Positions 43,006-64,000 of a stretch of 64,000 nt of DNA are shown piece by piece; positions within the stretch are counted from its first letter, which is position 1; each line of letters starts with the position of its first letter. The notes beneath the pieces were generated by a model, which worked only from the letters and a program-made list of their open reading frames with translations, made no database searches and was not told where the DNA came from. The position numbers and the translations under genes were made by a program. This DNA is from Eledone cirrhosa (taxonomy: Eukaryota): the NCBI GenBank assembly GCA_964016885.1, contig OZ024748.1:32736001-32800000 (forward strand). Reading direction: 5' to 3'.

Positions 43006-44136
43006 ATATATTTGGATTTTAGTCTTCAAATTTATTATTATTACTATATATATATATAGAAGAAAGTTATTTAGTAGATGTTTGTGTTGAGAATGTGTGT
43101 ATTTGTGTATTGTATAACGGAAGTCACCATTCAAGATGTTATAAGCAATGTTGTAGAAAATAGCATCGTACGACTTTATAATCGTTTATATATAATTTAT
43201 TTACAGATTACAAAGGTTATAAGAATGTCTCTTGAGAGGATAGTTAATGTTATCAATAAAAAGGTTATAAAAGTTTAAATGGCATGCTAAGAGAAATTAT
43301 TAATTAAAAGTTTCAACTGGCTGAGGCGTTAGCTAGAACCGTAGTGATATCTGTTGCTACATATTGTCTATGTTTGAGGAACGAAAGCAAGAGATGTTTA
43401 CCTTCAGGGTGTCGAGCTGCAAGAGAGAGAGTTTCGAATCGCCGTGGGAATTTTTCCTTCTGGACGGAAGTCGAGATACATTTTCCTACGCTGGTAGCAA
43501 TTGGCTGAACTGAACTGAAGCCATTAACCACCTAAGCCAAAAAAAAACAGTCAAGCTAAACGGGTCATACAAAATAAATGTCATATTCACCCAGTACAGG
43601 GTTTCTGCGACACCTAAATCAATAATACTGTCTACTTAAAACAATAAGCTTTTGGTATCACGTTATCAACAGGTATTTTGTAAAAGCATATGTGAAACTC
43701 ACAGGGGAAAAACCCCAGATTTTGGCAAATGAATTCAGTATGTGTAAATCCATGAAAAAATTGCATAGATAGCACAAATCGAATAAGCTCTCAACCGGGT
43801 AGTTTTTAAAATAAACTTATGCAATTAATCAGTTAATAGAATTATTATCAGATTAATACAAATTTAAATTCAGCGAGAATCGCATTTGGGCGGGTAGAAA
43901 AAGCGAAACGTAACGCAAATTCCGAGTCGTGCTGGCAAGCGTTCCATGGGTTAAAGAGACCAGAGCAATAAACATAGGTTATAAAGGCCATACAAACTGA
44001 GAAGGCAGTCAAGAAGTCATTAACCACCTAAGCCAAAAAAAACGAATCAAGCTAAACGGGTCAGACAAAATAAATAAGATATTCACCCGGATCCTCGGAA
44101 ATTGATGGTATAATCCAGTACATATATATATATATA

Positions 44137-44626
44137 TCATCATCATCATCATTTTACGTCCGCTTGTCCCTGCTTGCAAGGGTGGGACGGGTCTTATTCA
44201 GCACAGCATCTCTCCACTTTTCACGGTTCTTCGTCATCTCCACCGTGAGCTTCAGCGATCTGAGGTCTGTTCTCACCACCTCCGCCCATGTTTTTCGTGG
44301 TTTACCTCTAACACGTCTTCCTTCAACTGGCATTTCCTGGCACTTGTTCACCCATCGGTCATCCTCCATGCGCTTCACATGTGCATACCACCTCAGTCTC
44401 CTCTTTGGCTCACTACATTCTATCCCTCTCAGACACAGTTTCTCTCTCAACACATCCATGCTGCGTCGTTCACGCACATTGACATTTCACATCCAACGGA
44501 GCATGCTTGCCTCATATCTCTTCAGCCATCGCATATCCTGTGCAGGTGCTGCCCATGTCTTACTACCATGCAACATCGCGCTCCTCACACAGGCATCATA
44601 TAACCGGCCTTTCGTACGCAAGGGGA
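44137..44626 (-). mobile_element. RTE LINE 3' end with (GAT)n tail
   Basis: KGRLYDACVRSAMLHGS, RRLRWYAHV, RGKPRKTWAEVV, tail gcggacgtaaaatgatgatg. Confidence 0.9.
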
Positions 44627-44647
44627 AACCGGAGAAAATCTCATGTA

Positions 44648-44719
<72 letters not shown>

Positions 44720-44751
44720 TAGATGTGTATATATATATATGTATATATATA

Positions 44752-45182
44752 TAAATGGAAAAGAATGAAACGAAATTTCATTTCTCACTCTTAGTACGGC
44801 TGATACTTAAATGTAAATATGTATGTAAACTTTCAGATGTTCAATCATCTGGCAGGAAGGTATACGATGCGGACGATAGCTAATAAGCTTGAAACTAGTA
44901 CATCGTTCCTGTGTCAATGTTGAACAAAAAGGCGACGATGGTTTCCTGAACACTGTACGGCGTAATTCGGACTGTTTGCTTGCAAACAAGCCGAATATTA
45001 TAATAAATATTCGGTAATCCCATACGTACATATATATATATAAATGTGTGCATGTATATATATATACATACTACTGTACGTCTGTATACATATATGTATG
45101 TACGTGTACATACACACCTACATTTAAGTATCAGCCGTACTAAGAGTGAGAAATGAAATTTCGTTTCATTCTTTTCCATTTA

Positions 45183-45216
<34 letters not shown>

Positions 45217-45593
45217 CATCTATCTCTCTCTCTCTCTAATTAACGGCTGAGCAGCCTAATTTGCATATTGAGTGAGTTAAATCGGTCAGGCATACCGAAA
45301 ACGATAAGTTGAAAAAAAATGCAAATTAGGCTGCTCAGCCGTTAATTTTCATAAGGAAAGTATATACTTTCGAACGTTCAACTATCTGGAAGATGGGTAA
45401 ACGGTGCTGATGATAGCTAACAAGCTTGAAACTAGTACATCGTTCCTGTGTCAGTGTTGAACAAAAAGGTGACGTGGTTGCCTTAACACCGTATGGCATA
45501 AATTCAGGCTGTTCAGTTTGTTGACAAACGAACAAAGCGGCGTTATAATAAGCGTCCGCTAAAATGATGCGTGCATATATGTATGTGTACCTG

Positions 45594-45629
<36 letters not shown>

Positions 45630-45742
45630 TGCTACTGTACGTCTGTATACATATATGTATGTACGTATACATACATACTTACATTTAAGTAAGTGCCATA
45701 CTAAGAGTGATAAATGAAATTTCGTTTTCATTTTTTTTCAAG

Positions 45743-45745
<3 letters not shown>
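44752..45745 (+). repeat. Retrozyme-like repeats, two partial units with inverted segments; hammerhead B at 44863-44907 (core mutated) and 45400-45444 (intact)
   Basis: Homologous to the 466-bp unit; inversion junctions at ~44828 and ~45320. Confidence 0.8.
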
Positions 45746-45813
<68 letters not shown>

Positions 45814-45819
45814 CATATA

Positions 45820-45881
<62 letters not shown>

Positions 45882-45910
45882 CATACATACATATATATAG
45901 AATACATATA

Positions 45911-46077
<167 letters not shown>

Positions 46078-46084
46078 ACATACA

Positions 46085-46132
<48 letters not shown>

Positions 46133-46280
46133 GATACAAACATATATATACATATGTAAAACAACTGATGTTATTACATTGAGCTATTTATCTTACTGGT
46201 AATAAGATAGTAATGAATTACTGTCTTCCACTATTTAGGGTTTAAAATATACATAACTATAAAGGGTTTTATTATATACT

Positions 46281-46463
46281 GGATTGGCAGTATTGGTAGA
46301 GGGTCGGATGCCATGCTTTGTAGCATAGAGTTACCTCCCTTTATGATCTGAGTTCAAATCCCGCCGAGGTTAACTTTGCCTTTCATCCTTACGGGGTCGA
46401 TAAAATAAAGTACCAGTAATGCACTGGGTAATTGCTGGCCTTGTGCCAAAAGTAGAAACAATT
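46281..46463 (+). mobile_element. SINE family B, near full length
   Basis: Colinear with the other family B copies. Confidence 0.8.
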
Positions 46464-46497
46464 ATATACATAACCATAAATAGTATCCTTAATACTA

Positions 46498-46574
<77 letters not shown>

Positions 46575-46616
46575 ATACATACATTTATATACGTACATAT
46601 AGATATATATACATAC

Positions 46617-46649
<33 letters not shown>

Positions 46650-46710
46650 CATACATACATATATATACATACATATACATACATACATATATATACATAC
46701 ATATAGATAC

Positions 46711-46800
<90 letters not shown>

Positions 46801-46853
46801 TAAAATAACAGATTAAAGTTTAAGCAAAGAATCTTCAAATTTATTATTATTAC

Positions 46854-46917
<64 letters not shown>

Positions 46918-46951
46918 AAAGAATAGAGGTGTAACACACAAGTTATTATAT

Positions 46952-47376
46952 ATTGATAAACGGAATAGAAAATGCTGACAAATTGTTCACAGTTGAAAAA
47001 TGGTTTAATTAGGAATAAAAGAGTATTAGTGATTGTATGGGTTAGTATTCAGTTGTGGTTTTAAGTTTTTAAGTTTTTACCGGTTGCGCATTTCTAAATG
47101 CTTTTCAAAAATAATTTTGAGATAGAGTGTCCGTGCTGTTTGCTCTGATCTGATTAGTTTTGGGAATTCTACCTGTTTTTATGTTAAAAAAGTGGCTCCA
47201 GCGTTATTTTTGTGTTGCAAAAATGCTTGTGGTCAAAACAATTTTGATTGGTCGGTAGAGGTGATGTGAATGTAAAAAGTTGATTTTGCGCCAAGACTGT
47301 TTTTATGTTAAAACCATTTTTATGTTAAACCATTTTTCAACTGTGAACAATTTGTCAGCATTTTCTATTCCGTTTA

Positions 47377-47381
<5 letters not shown>
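46952..47381. repeat. 57-bp inverted repeats bounding a 430-bp segment
   Basis: 46952-47008 vs 47325-47381, one mismatch. Confidence 0.75.
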
Positions 47382-47416
<35 letters not shown>

Positions 47417-47532
47417 AAAGTTCTATTTAAATTGTTGGGATACAACAAGTAAATATTATATAAAGCACTCGACAGTATTTGGAGTAGATATACGATATTA
47501 ATAAATGGAAACTATATTTATAAAACCATATT

Positions 47533-47597
47533 TATTTCATTATACATATTTCAGGGATACCAAATTAAATTATGGTATGCCTTCATCAGACAAAATA
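47533..47597 (-). ncRNA. Type I minimal hammerhead ribozyme, family A
   Basis: UAUUUUGU-CUGAUGA-AGGCAUACCA(UAAUUUAAUU)UGGUAUCCCU-GAAA-UAUGUAUA-AUGAAAUA. Confidence 0.75.
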
Positions 47598-47741
47598 CAA
47601 TATATAACAGTTTTACAAATAAGCTTTGACGTACCCTATTAAAATGCAACCATTGTTTTTGGAAGTCATCCGGATAATGATTTGTTAGTGACTTTAATAA
47701 GTCATAGTGTAAAGGACAATTAGAAAAAGACGGAGAGAAAG

Positions 47742-47836
<95 letters not shown>

Positions 47837-47841
47837 TCTAC

Positions 47842-47875
<34 letters not shown>

Positions 47876-47960
47876 ATACATACATACATATATCAACATA
47901 TATATATATACATACATATATATACAGACATATAGATACATATGTATATATATATGTATA

Positions 47961-48658
47961 TAGAAAGATTTGAATGGATACAGTTTAGTTGAAAGGAATT
48001 TATTGACACGTGTTTCTATAACAGTTACATAACCTGAAAACAGCTGCTATCTACAAAGTATTAGTTATGCAGACAATCAATATTTCAATGTTATTATTTA
48101 CTGTCATTTCATCAGAATAATATTACTGAGAACCTGTTTGGTTTTTATAGAGAATATTAGGAGAGAGGGGTGAAGTTGTTAGAAGAATAGTTGAGGGAGT
48201 GGTTTTTTGATAGCAGTGAGAATTTTTGGTGGCAGTGAGTAATTAGATTTCCATCTGTTGTTTTGACATTTTTATAGAATATATTATTGGTTATTTTTCT
48301 AAATCTATAGAGGGATTAGAGATAGTAAAGATATGCGTGGTTGGTTTTGTGTTTGCACTTAATTAACATTCAGACTTAAATTTTTTCTTTCCAGTGTACG
48401 TATCCTTTCACCCACGCATTCTCACACAAACATATTTGCACCCCTCTACAAAATACATATACTCACATTCACATAGTAACATGTTCATACTTACATACAT
48501 ATACACATGCATACATATATATATACACACATGTATTCATGTACATACATACGCGTTCATGTGTGTACATTTTCATACTCAACTTATCTTTATATACACA
48601 CGTATAGAGACACACATATATACATACATACTCTAGTCTATGTGTATATATATACATA

Positions 48659-48725
<67 letters not shown>

Positions 48726-48970
48726 AAGCATTTTAATACATGAATACACTTACATCTAACTATACACATCAAACATATATATATTTACTTATTTATATAC
48801 ATATTCACATATATATACATACTTATGGTCGCTTTTAGACACATTCATTATCGCATTTTTGCACATATTCTCATCAGCATATCTTTCCTGTTTTCAGGTT
48901 ACGTAACTGTTATAGAAACACGTGTCAATAAATTCCTTTCAACTAAACTGTATCCATTCAAATCTTTCTA
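47961..48970. repeat. 83-bp inverted repeats bounding a 1-kb segment
   Basis: 47961-48043 vs 48888-48970, one mismatch. Confidence 0.75.
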
Positions 48971-49085
48971 TTTTTCTCCGGATTACTTTTGGAATTTCAA
49001 CTGGAACCGTCGAGCAAACTCTACGTGAGCTGTCAATCTACTGTGTGTAATATTTATATTACAACACAACGGAAAATACTGTATA

Positions 49086-49170
<85 letters not shown>

Positions 49171-49787
49171 ATATATATGTATGTTGATATATGTATGTAT
49201 GTATATATATATATATGTATGTGGGTGGCTTTGGTAATCCTGCAGGGTGGCTTTCGACATCCTGCAGGACTAAACACAAAACCTGTCAAAAGGCAAATGG
49301 GCTCTTAAGAGTCAATAGCCATCCAAAATCACCGGGAGAGATGACCCCTTGGCCTTTGTCAAGGCAGAATTCTAGGAGAAGGAAAACTCTGATATAACAC
49401 CTGCAACCCTGATGGTATCCAATGATGTTGAATTGTTCTTCTTATTAGTAAATATCATCTTGGTTAAGAGAGTGGGACTGGCTTTGTGCAGTGCCTTTGC
49501 TCACTATAAAAGCTTCACAGCACAGGCATTGCTTTATATCTGGAGATTTCTCTGCACTTGTCATCACATGGTACCATGGGCCCAGCACTATGTGTCAATA
49601 ATTGTCACAAGTGTAGTGTTTGTACCAGAGTTTTCAAGTCGCTGGCTGGACTAAAAAGTCACATTCGTTCAGCGCATTGGTAGGGGTTCTCCTACATGGA
49701 TATAAAGTAGTGGCCGTACTCGAAAACGAGTTGGCAGCCACCATATATGTATGTATATATATGTATGTATGTAGATATATGTATAGA

Positions 49788-49845
<58 letters not shown>

Positions 49846-49876
49846 CATATATATATATTTATACATATATATATAC

Positions 49877-50034
<158 letters not shown>

Positions 50035-50058
50035 ATATATATATATACATATATCTAC

Positions 50059-50092
<34 letters not shown>

Positions 50093-50130
50093 ATATACAT
50101 ACATACATATATTAACATACATATATATAC

Positions 50131-50163
<33 letters not shown>

Positions 50164-50164
50164 G

Positions 50165-50252
<88 letters not shown>

Positions 50253-50270
50253 ATATATATATATATACAC

Positions 50271-50327
<57 letters not shown>

Positions 50328-50334
50328 CATAGGA

Positions 50335-55971
<5,637 letters not shown>

Positions 55972-55972
55972 C

Positions 55973-56003
<31 letters not shown>

Positions 56004-56026
56004 CATATATATATACATATATATAC

Positions 56027-56277
<251 letters not shown>

Positions 56278-56285
56278 CATATATC

Positions 56286-56337
<52 letters not shown>

Positions 56338-56480
56338 CTATATACATATATATATATATATATATTAATAAGAGGAATTCCAACTTTGTCTGATTTACCC
56401 GTTTTATTTACAATCCTTTAAAATATATAATGGTATTATAATGAAATATTATGATAGAATATTAAATTCTAAGTGTTAAT

Positions 56481-56519
56481 TGAACAAGTACTTTCATGCT
56501 TTCGCAATCTTCAGGTTCA
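56481..56519 (-). ncRNA. Type I minimal hammerhead, family D (left arm)
   Basis: Exact reverse complement of 56593-56631. Confidence 0.7.
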
Positions 56520-56592
56520 CAATATGTGGTGACAGTGAAGTTTGCAATTTTCAACAGTTGAAAATTTCAAACTTGACTGTCACCACATATTA

Positions 56593-56631
56593 TGAACCTG
56601 AAGATTGCGAAAGCATGAAAGTACTTGTTCA
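56593..56631 (+). ncRNA. Type I minimal hammerhead, family D (right arm)
   Basis: UGAAC-CUGAAGA-U-UGC(GAAA)GCA-U-GAAA-G(UA)C-UU-GUUCA: GNRA-capped stem II, palindromic AAGUACUU stem III. Confidence 0.7.
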
Positions 56632-56778
56632 ATTAACACTTAGAATTTAATATTCTATCATACTATTTCATTATAATACCATTATATATTTTAAAGGATT
56701 GTAAATAAAACGAGTAAATCAGACAAAGTTGGAATTCCTCTTATTAATATAATCTTCTATACACAATCATACACACCC

Positions 56779-58232
<1,454 letters not shown>

Positions 58233-58332
58233 ATTAAAATACTGGAGCGTGTTGGAGTTAAACACCCTCTTCGTATTATAGAAATAACAGTAAAAGGTAT
58301 AGCTCAATATAATTAAACAGAGCCGAAGAATT

Positions 58333-58860
58333 ATGAAAGTAAAACAAAGATCTGGAAATGCCTTACCACCAGAACAGACCTTATCTAATAGCAATCCTAC
58401 GTGTAATGCATCACTACTTCAGCCAACCAATAGCACCAGGAAGTGTAACTGTAGAGTGAGTGCTAACTGCCCTTTAAACGGTAACTGCCTCTCTAAGAAC
58501 ATCGTCTATGCTTGCGTAGTTATAACTCATTCCTCTAATAGAACTTATATAGGCTCTACATCTAACACTTTTAAGACTAGGTTTAATTCTCATATCTCTA
58601 ATTTCAAACATGTTAAGTTTAAGAATTCTACTTCTTTAGCACACTATATCTGGGATCTTAAGGGGGCTAATATACCATATAACCTTAATTGGCGTTTAGT
58701 AGCATGCTCTAATAACCTTTCTACACATACTAAGTTTTGTAATCTCTGTATCCTCGAGACACGCTATAATTTTCTCTAGCGAATCCTTACTTAATAGAAA
58801 GTCTGAGATATTCTCTTCTTGCCCCCACGCTATTTCTAATTCTTACTTTTATTATAAACC
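58333..58860 (+). mobile_element. Penelope-like (Naiad-type) family 3 GIY-YIG C-terminal fragment
   Basis: CNCRVSANCPLNGNCLSKNIVYAC..TYIGSTSNTFKTRF..H..F..STSLAHYIWDLK..CNLC..E, then LLNRKSEIFSSCPH after a disruption. Confidence 0.85.
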
Positions 58861-59501
58861 TAAAGGTTCTAGTAGTATAAATTGTATCCATTAGCTGATA
58901 TATTCCATTACTTATTTTTTAGTTTAGGTTCTTTTTGTTTACCACCAATATTATCATCATTATTATCATTGGTTTTTGACAACTCTTTATTCTAGCTCTC
59001 ATAATCTTTTGGCTACTATACCATATCTATCTTCTTAAGCATTAAATTTCCACTATTAACACCTTATGAGTATATATCTGATTACTCTTTTACTCTTTTA
59101 CCTGTTTCAGCCATCCGGCTGAGGCCATGCTGGGGCACCGCCCTTACTTAATAGAAAGTCTGAGATATTCTCTTCTTGCCCCCACGCTATTTCTAATTCT
59201 TACTTTTATTATAAACCTAAAGGTTCTAGTAGTATAAATTGTATCCATTAGCTGATATATTCCATTACTTATTTTTAGTTTAGGTTCTTTTTGTTTACCA
59301 CCAATATTATCATCATTATTATCATTGGTTTTTGACAACTCTTTATTCTAGCTCTCATAATCTTTTGGCTACTATACCATATCTATCTTCTTACGCATTA
59401 AATTTTCATTATTAACACATTATGAGTATATATCTGATTACTCTTTTACTCTTTTACCTGTTTCAGCCATCCGGCTGAGGCCATACTGGGGCACCGCCCT
59501 T
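58785..59501. repeat. Tandem duplication, about 357-bp period
   Basis: 58785-59141 repeated at 59142-59501; CCTT microhomology at the junction. Confidence 0.9.
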
Positions 59502-60971
59502 GATTATATATTTTACATTATTTTATTTTATTTCATTTTATTTTATTTTATTTTATTTTATTTGGATTCTTCTTTGGATAACCCCCTCCCCCCTCCCCCC
59601 ATGCGCACATACACTTATTGTCAACCCCTCAAATAGATTATGATTATATTTAATCCCCCCCTCCTTTACGCTCCTTTCTATTATTTAATATAGTATATTG
59701 ACTATAATCTTATGCTCCTTTGTATCCTCCATACATTTCTTTTTTCTGTCCCTATTAGCCTACCATAATTCTGCTTAAGTCAGTTTTTTAGATATCGTTA
59801 TGTAAATGATAGTAGAAAATTTCATTCCTTTTTATATATATATTTGTAGTGAAATATTAACGTTTATAAATTTTGATTACTTAAACCATAGCTAATATTG
59901 TATTGCCTTATTAGATATTTTAAATATTTTTAATATTAATTTATCAAATAGGGTTTTCGAGTCATTTACCGGGGTTGTTTCCTAAGTTTTTACTTAACTG
60001 CATGTGAGACATAAGTATATACTTTTGTTTTTGTTTTTTTAATTTCCGGTTGATTCTATCTATTTATTTATTTATTAATACTACTGTGCATTCTATTTAC
60101 TGTCTGGCCCTTACTCACTCATCCACATATATGTCTGTTTACCAACCTTGTAATTATAAGTAATTATATATTATATTATGTTAATTATTTTATATTGTAT
60201 TTGTTATTGTACTATCGATCCTTATTACTTACCGTTGATTATATGTACCATTATGATATGTTAAATTTTATATATCATGTAAGATGTTTATATTTTTGTA
60301 CCATCATAATTTTGGGTATTGTACAATTTATATTTTTTTCTCACCTACTCTGTAACTCTATATGAATTGATTTGTTAACTTGCATGCCATTATATGTTAT
60401 AATATTATATATGTTATTATATTATTATTATAGTATTATTGTGACATCTATATTGTTTGTGTAAATTAACCGGAGATTATCTATTATATTATATTATATA
60501 GTATATAATTGTATAGTTTATTATATATTATATGTGCTACTTATAATCATATCATATTATTACTTCATGTATATTAGATATACATATTATTATTATTATT
60601 ATTTTTTTTATTCCTATCATGCTTATTTATATTTAAACTCTTAATAAGGTTTAATTTGTGCTGTTAAAGATGGATATGAGTATTGATGTATCTGTATATG
60701 TGCGTACGTGTGCGTACATATATACATATGTATATTGTACCTTTTAAATTTTATTGTAATTTTAATATTGTTACAAGTATATTATATTATATTATATAGT
60801 ATTATATATAATTCCCGCTCTATATAACCACCTTTGTTTAGCTCTCGTTTTTTTTTGCTTTGGACTATATATATTTATATATATAAATATATATATAGTT
60901 TTGCGAGGTTTTTTATATGAAATCGTGTGTCGAAACAAATATAACAATATATATATATATAAATAAATATA

Positions 60972-61088
<117 letters not shown>

Positions 61089-61282
61089 GAGGTTTTTTTT
61101 ACAAATTGAAAAATAACCGAGGTGTCCTACACGAGTGAAAGTATAAAGAAAAAGAGATGAAATCGAAAATGCAACTGGAATCTTAATTTTTTTTAAATAT
61201 ATATATTTATTTGGTTCCTTTACCGGTTTCGCAGTTCTTCTGCTTTTCAAAAGTAGAGTTGAGATGGAGGGTCTGTGGTTTT

Positions 61283-61390
<108 letters not shown>

Positions 61391-61407
61391 TATAAGTATA
61401 TATATAT

Positions 61408-61471
<64 letters not shown>

Positions 61472-61478
<7 letters not shown>

Positions 61479-62135
61479 CAGGTACACATACATATATGCA
61501 CGCATCAGTTTAGCGGACGCTTATTATAACGCCGCTTTGTTCGTTTGTAAACAAACTGAACAGCCTGAATTTATGCCATACGGTGTTAAGGCAACCACGT
61601 CACCTTTTTGTTCAACACTGACACAGGAACGATGTACTAGTTTCAAGCTTGTTAGCTATCATCAGCACCGTTTACCCATCTGCCGGATATATATATATAT
61701 ATATGCATACTACTGTACGTCTGTATACATATATGTATGTACGTATACATACATACTTACATTTAAGTAAGTGCCATACTAAGAGTGAGAAATGAAATTT
61801 CGTTTTCATTTTTTTCAACTTATCGTTTTCGGTATGCCTGACCGATTTAACTCACTCATTATGCAAATTAGGCTGCTCAGCCGTTAATTTTCATAAGGAA
61901 AGTATATACTTTCGAACATTCAACTATCTGGCAGATGGGTAAACGGTGCTGATGATAGCTAACAAGCTTGAAACTAGTACATCGTTCCTGTGTCAGTGTT
62001 GAACAAAAAGGTGACGTGGTTGCCTTAACACCGTATGGCATAAATTCAGGCTGTTCAGTTTGTTTACAAACGAACAAAGCGGCGTTATAATAAGCGTCCG
62101 CTAAACTGATGCGTGCATATATGTATGTGTACCTG

Positions 62136-62189
<54 letters not shown>

Positions 62190-62617
62190 TACTACTGTAC
62201 GTCTGTATACATATATGTATGTACGTATACATACATACTTACATTTAATTAAGTGCCATACTAAGAGTGAGAAATGAAATTTCGTTTTCATTTTTTTCAA
62301 CTTATCGTTTTCGGTATGCCTGACCGATTTAACTCACTCATTATGCAAATTAGGCTGCTCAGCCGTTAATTTTCATAAGGAAAGTATATACTTTCGAACG
62401 TTCAACTATCTGGCAGATGGGTAAACGGTGCTGATGATAGCTAACAAGCTTGAAACTAGTACATCGTTCCTGTGTCAGTGTTGAACAAAAAGGTGACGTG
62501 GTTGCCTTAACACCGTATGGCATAAATTCAGGCTGTTCAGTTTGTTTACAAACGAACAAAGCGGCGTTATAATAAGCGTCCGCTAAACTGATGCGTGCAT
62601 ATATGTATGTGTACCTG

Positions 62618-62663
<46 letters not shown>

Positions 62664-63175
62664 TACTACTGTACGTCTGTATACATATATGTATGTACGT
62701 ATACATACATACTTACATTTAAGTAAGTGCCATACTAAGAGTGAGAAATGAAATTTCGTTTTCATTTTTTTCAACTTATCGTTTTCGGTATGCCTGACCG
62801 ATTTAACTCACTCATTATGCAAATTAGGCTGCTCAGCCGTTAATTTTCATAAGGAAAGTATATACTTTCGAACGTTCAACTATCTGGCAGATGGGTAAAC
62901 GGTGCTGATGATAGCTAACAAGCTTGAAACTAGTACATCGTTCCTGTGTCAGTGTTGAACAAAAAGGTGACGTGGTTGCCTTAACACCGTATGGCATAAA
63001 TTCAGGCTGTTCAGTTTGTTTACAAACGAACAAAGCGGCGTTATAATAAGCGTCCGCTAAACTGATGCGTGCATATATGTATGTGTACCTGTATGTATAT
63101 ATATATATATATATATGCATACTACTGTACGTCTGTATACATATATGTATGTACGTATACATACATACTTACATA
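61472..63175. repeat. Retrozyme-like tandem array 2: inverted partial unit, then about 3.1 units of 474-482 bp (hammerhead on plus strand)
   Basis: Hammerheads at 61628-61672 (-), 61942-61986, 62424-62468, 62898-62942 (+); unit length varies with the internal (TA)n. Confidence 0.92.
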
Positions 63176-63203
63176 TATATTTATATATATATATATATTT
63201 ATA

Positions 63204-63645
63204 TATACTTGGGGAGGGTCATATTTGCGTAATATTGCCAGAATTAATAACAGAACACACTCACTGTTTGGTTGGTTTTCGCTTCTCGCTGTCTTTTATA
63301 TCTGCGATCTAACTTACTCGGTCCTCAATGTTGCCATTGACTGACCCACGGTCAAAAATAATACAGATACAATATAGACACAAACACATATATATAGTTT
63401 ACATAATTTACATAAATCTTTCGTTGCACATCTGCAACATCGTCAGTGGTGTTATATTCTTTATTCCTCCTGTTGTGTTGTATGTCTACGCCATTTTTTT
63501 TTATTCAGTCTGTCTATATATATATATTTATATATATATAAATGGCAATATTACGCAAATATGACCCTCCCCAAGTATAACAATATCTGTTTCGACACAC
63601 GATTTCATATAAAAAACCTCGCTAAACTAATTCATCGCCGCTATA
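63204..63645. mobile_element. Penelope-like family 1 pLTR remnant in inverted arrangement, with hammerhead C at 63409-63452 (-)
   Basis: 63204-63520 matches 7246-7550; 63543-63645 matches 8955-9055; another end fragment at 60898-60945. Confidence 0.8.
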
Positions 63646-63804
63646 TTTATATATATATATATTTATATATATATATAGGCGGAATATATGTACTTGAATT
63701 AAGGTATTTCTATCTGGCTAAAAAATTATTGTCATTTTGCAAAAAAAAACACATTAGTGTTGATCATTTCTTTTTAAATTGTACTATATTTATATATATA
63801 TAAG

Positions 63805-63978
63805 GGCGGTGGATTGGCAGTATCGGTAGAGGGTCGGACGCCATGCTTTGACGCATAGAGTTATGCCCCTTGCCATTCTGAGTTCAAATCCCGCCTTTCA
63901 TCCTTACGGGGTCGATAAAATAAAGTACCAGTAATGCACTGGGTAATTGCTGGCCTTGTGCCAAAAGTAGAAACAACT
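63805..63978 (+). mobile_element. SINE family B
   Basis: ggcggtggattggcagtatcggtagagggtcggacgccatgc...ggggtcgataaaataaagtaccag...agaaacaa. Confidence 0.8.
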
Positions 63979-64000
63979 ATATTTATATATATATATATAT

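Larger units (their letters stand above)
56362..56750. repeat. 389-bp near-perfect palindrome (194-bp arms, 1-nt centre at 56556)
   Basis: About 5 mismatches between arms by eye. Confidence 0.92.

Noticed and set aside
43520-44088. About 70-bp direct repeats (43520-43592, 44015-44088) with a gggttaa end at ~43950
   Set aside because: Too little evidence to assign an element class; no TSD or matching opposite terminus found
49205-49742. GC-richer island, possibly a LINE 5' UTR with an HDV-like ribozyme
   Set aside because: Could not build the nested double pseudoknot by eye and no linked ORF; left unassigned

Overview
Eukaryotic, very AT-rich, repeat-saturated genomic DNA, most likely from an octopod cephalopod. 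This is inferred from the tandem HCDICGKSF-type C2H2 zinc-finger arrays, the long (TA)n/(TACA)n tracts and the SINE families. The only host-gene-like sequences are three paralogous minus-strand C2H2 ZNF units (~0.7-3.0, 18.7-20.1, 40.5-42.2 kb). Each has a short open 5' part and a decaying 3' finger array. The rest is transposon debris: many RTE LINE fragments, one L1/Tx1-type and one CR1-group LINE, at least three Penelope-like (GIY-YIG) families with inverted pseudo-LTRs, tRNA-derived SINEs, a Tc1/mariner (maT-like) fragment, a MITE, and a 5.36-kb hAT unit bounded by TIRs and an 8-bp TSD that splits an RTE. The main unannotated signal is RNA-structural. Reading by eye I find about 23 type I hammerhead-ribozyme motifs in six sequence families. 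One family sits once per unit in 466-482-bp non-coding tandem repeats at five loci, all containing inversions. These look like a cephalopod non-LTR retrozyme system (small self-cleaving, probably circular RNAs mobilised by Penelope-like elements). All structure calls were made by eye and none has been computationally or experimentally tested. Most ORF-track entries (YIYIYI etc.) are microsatellite artefacts.
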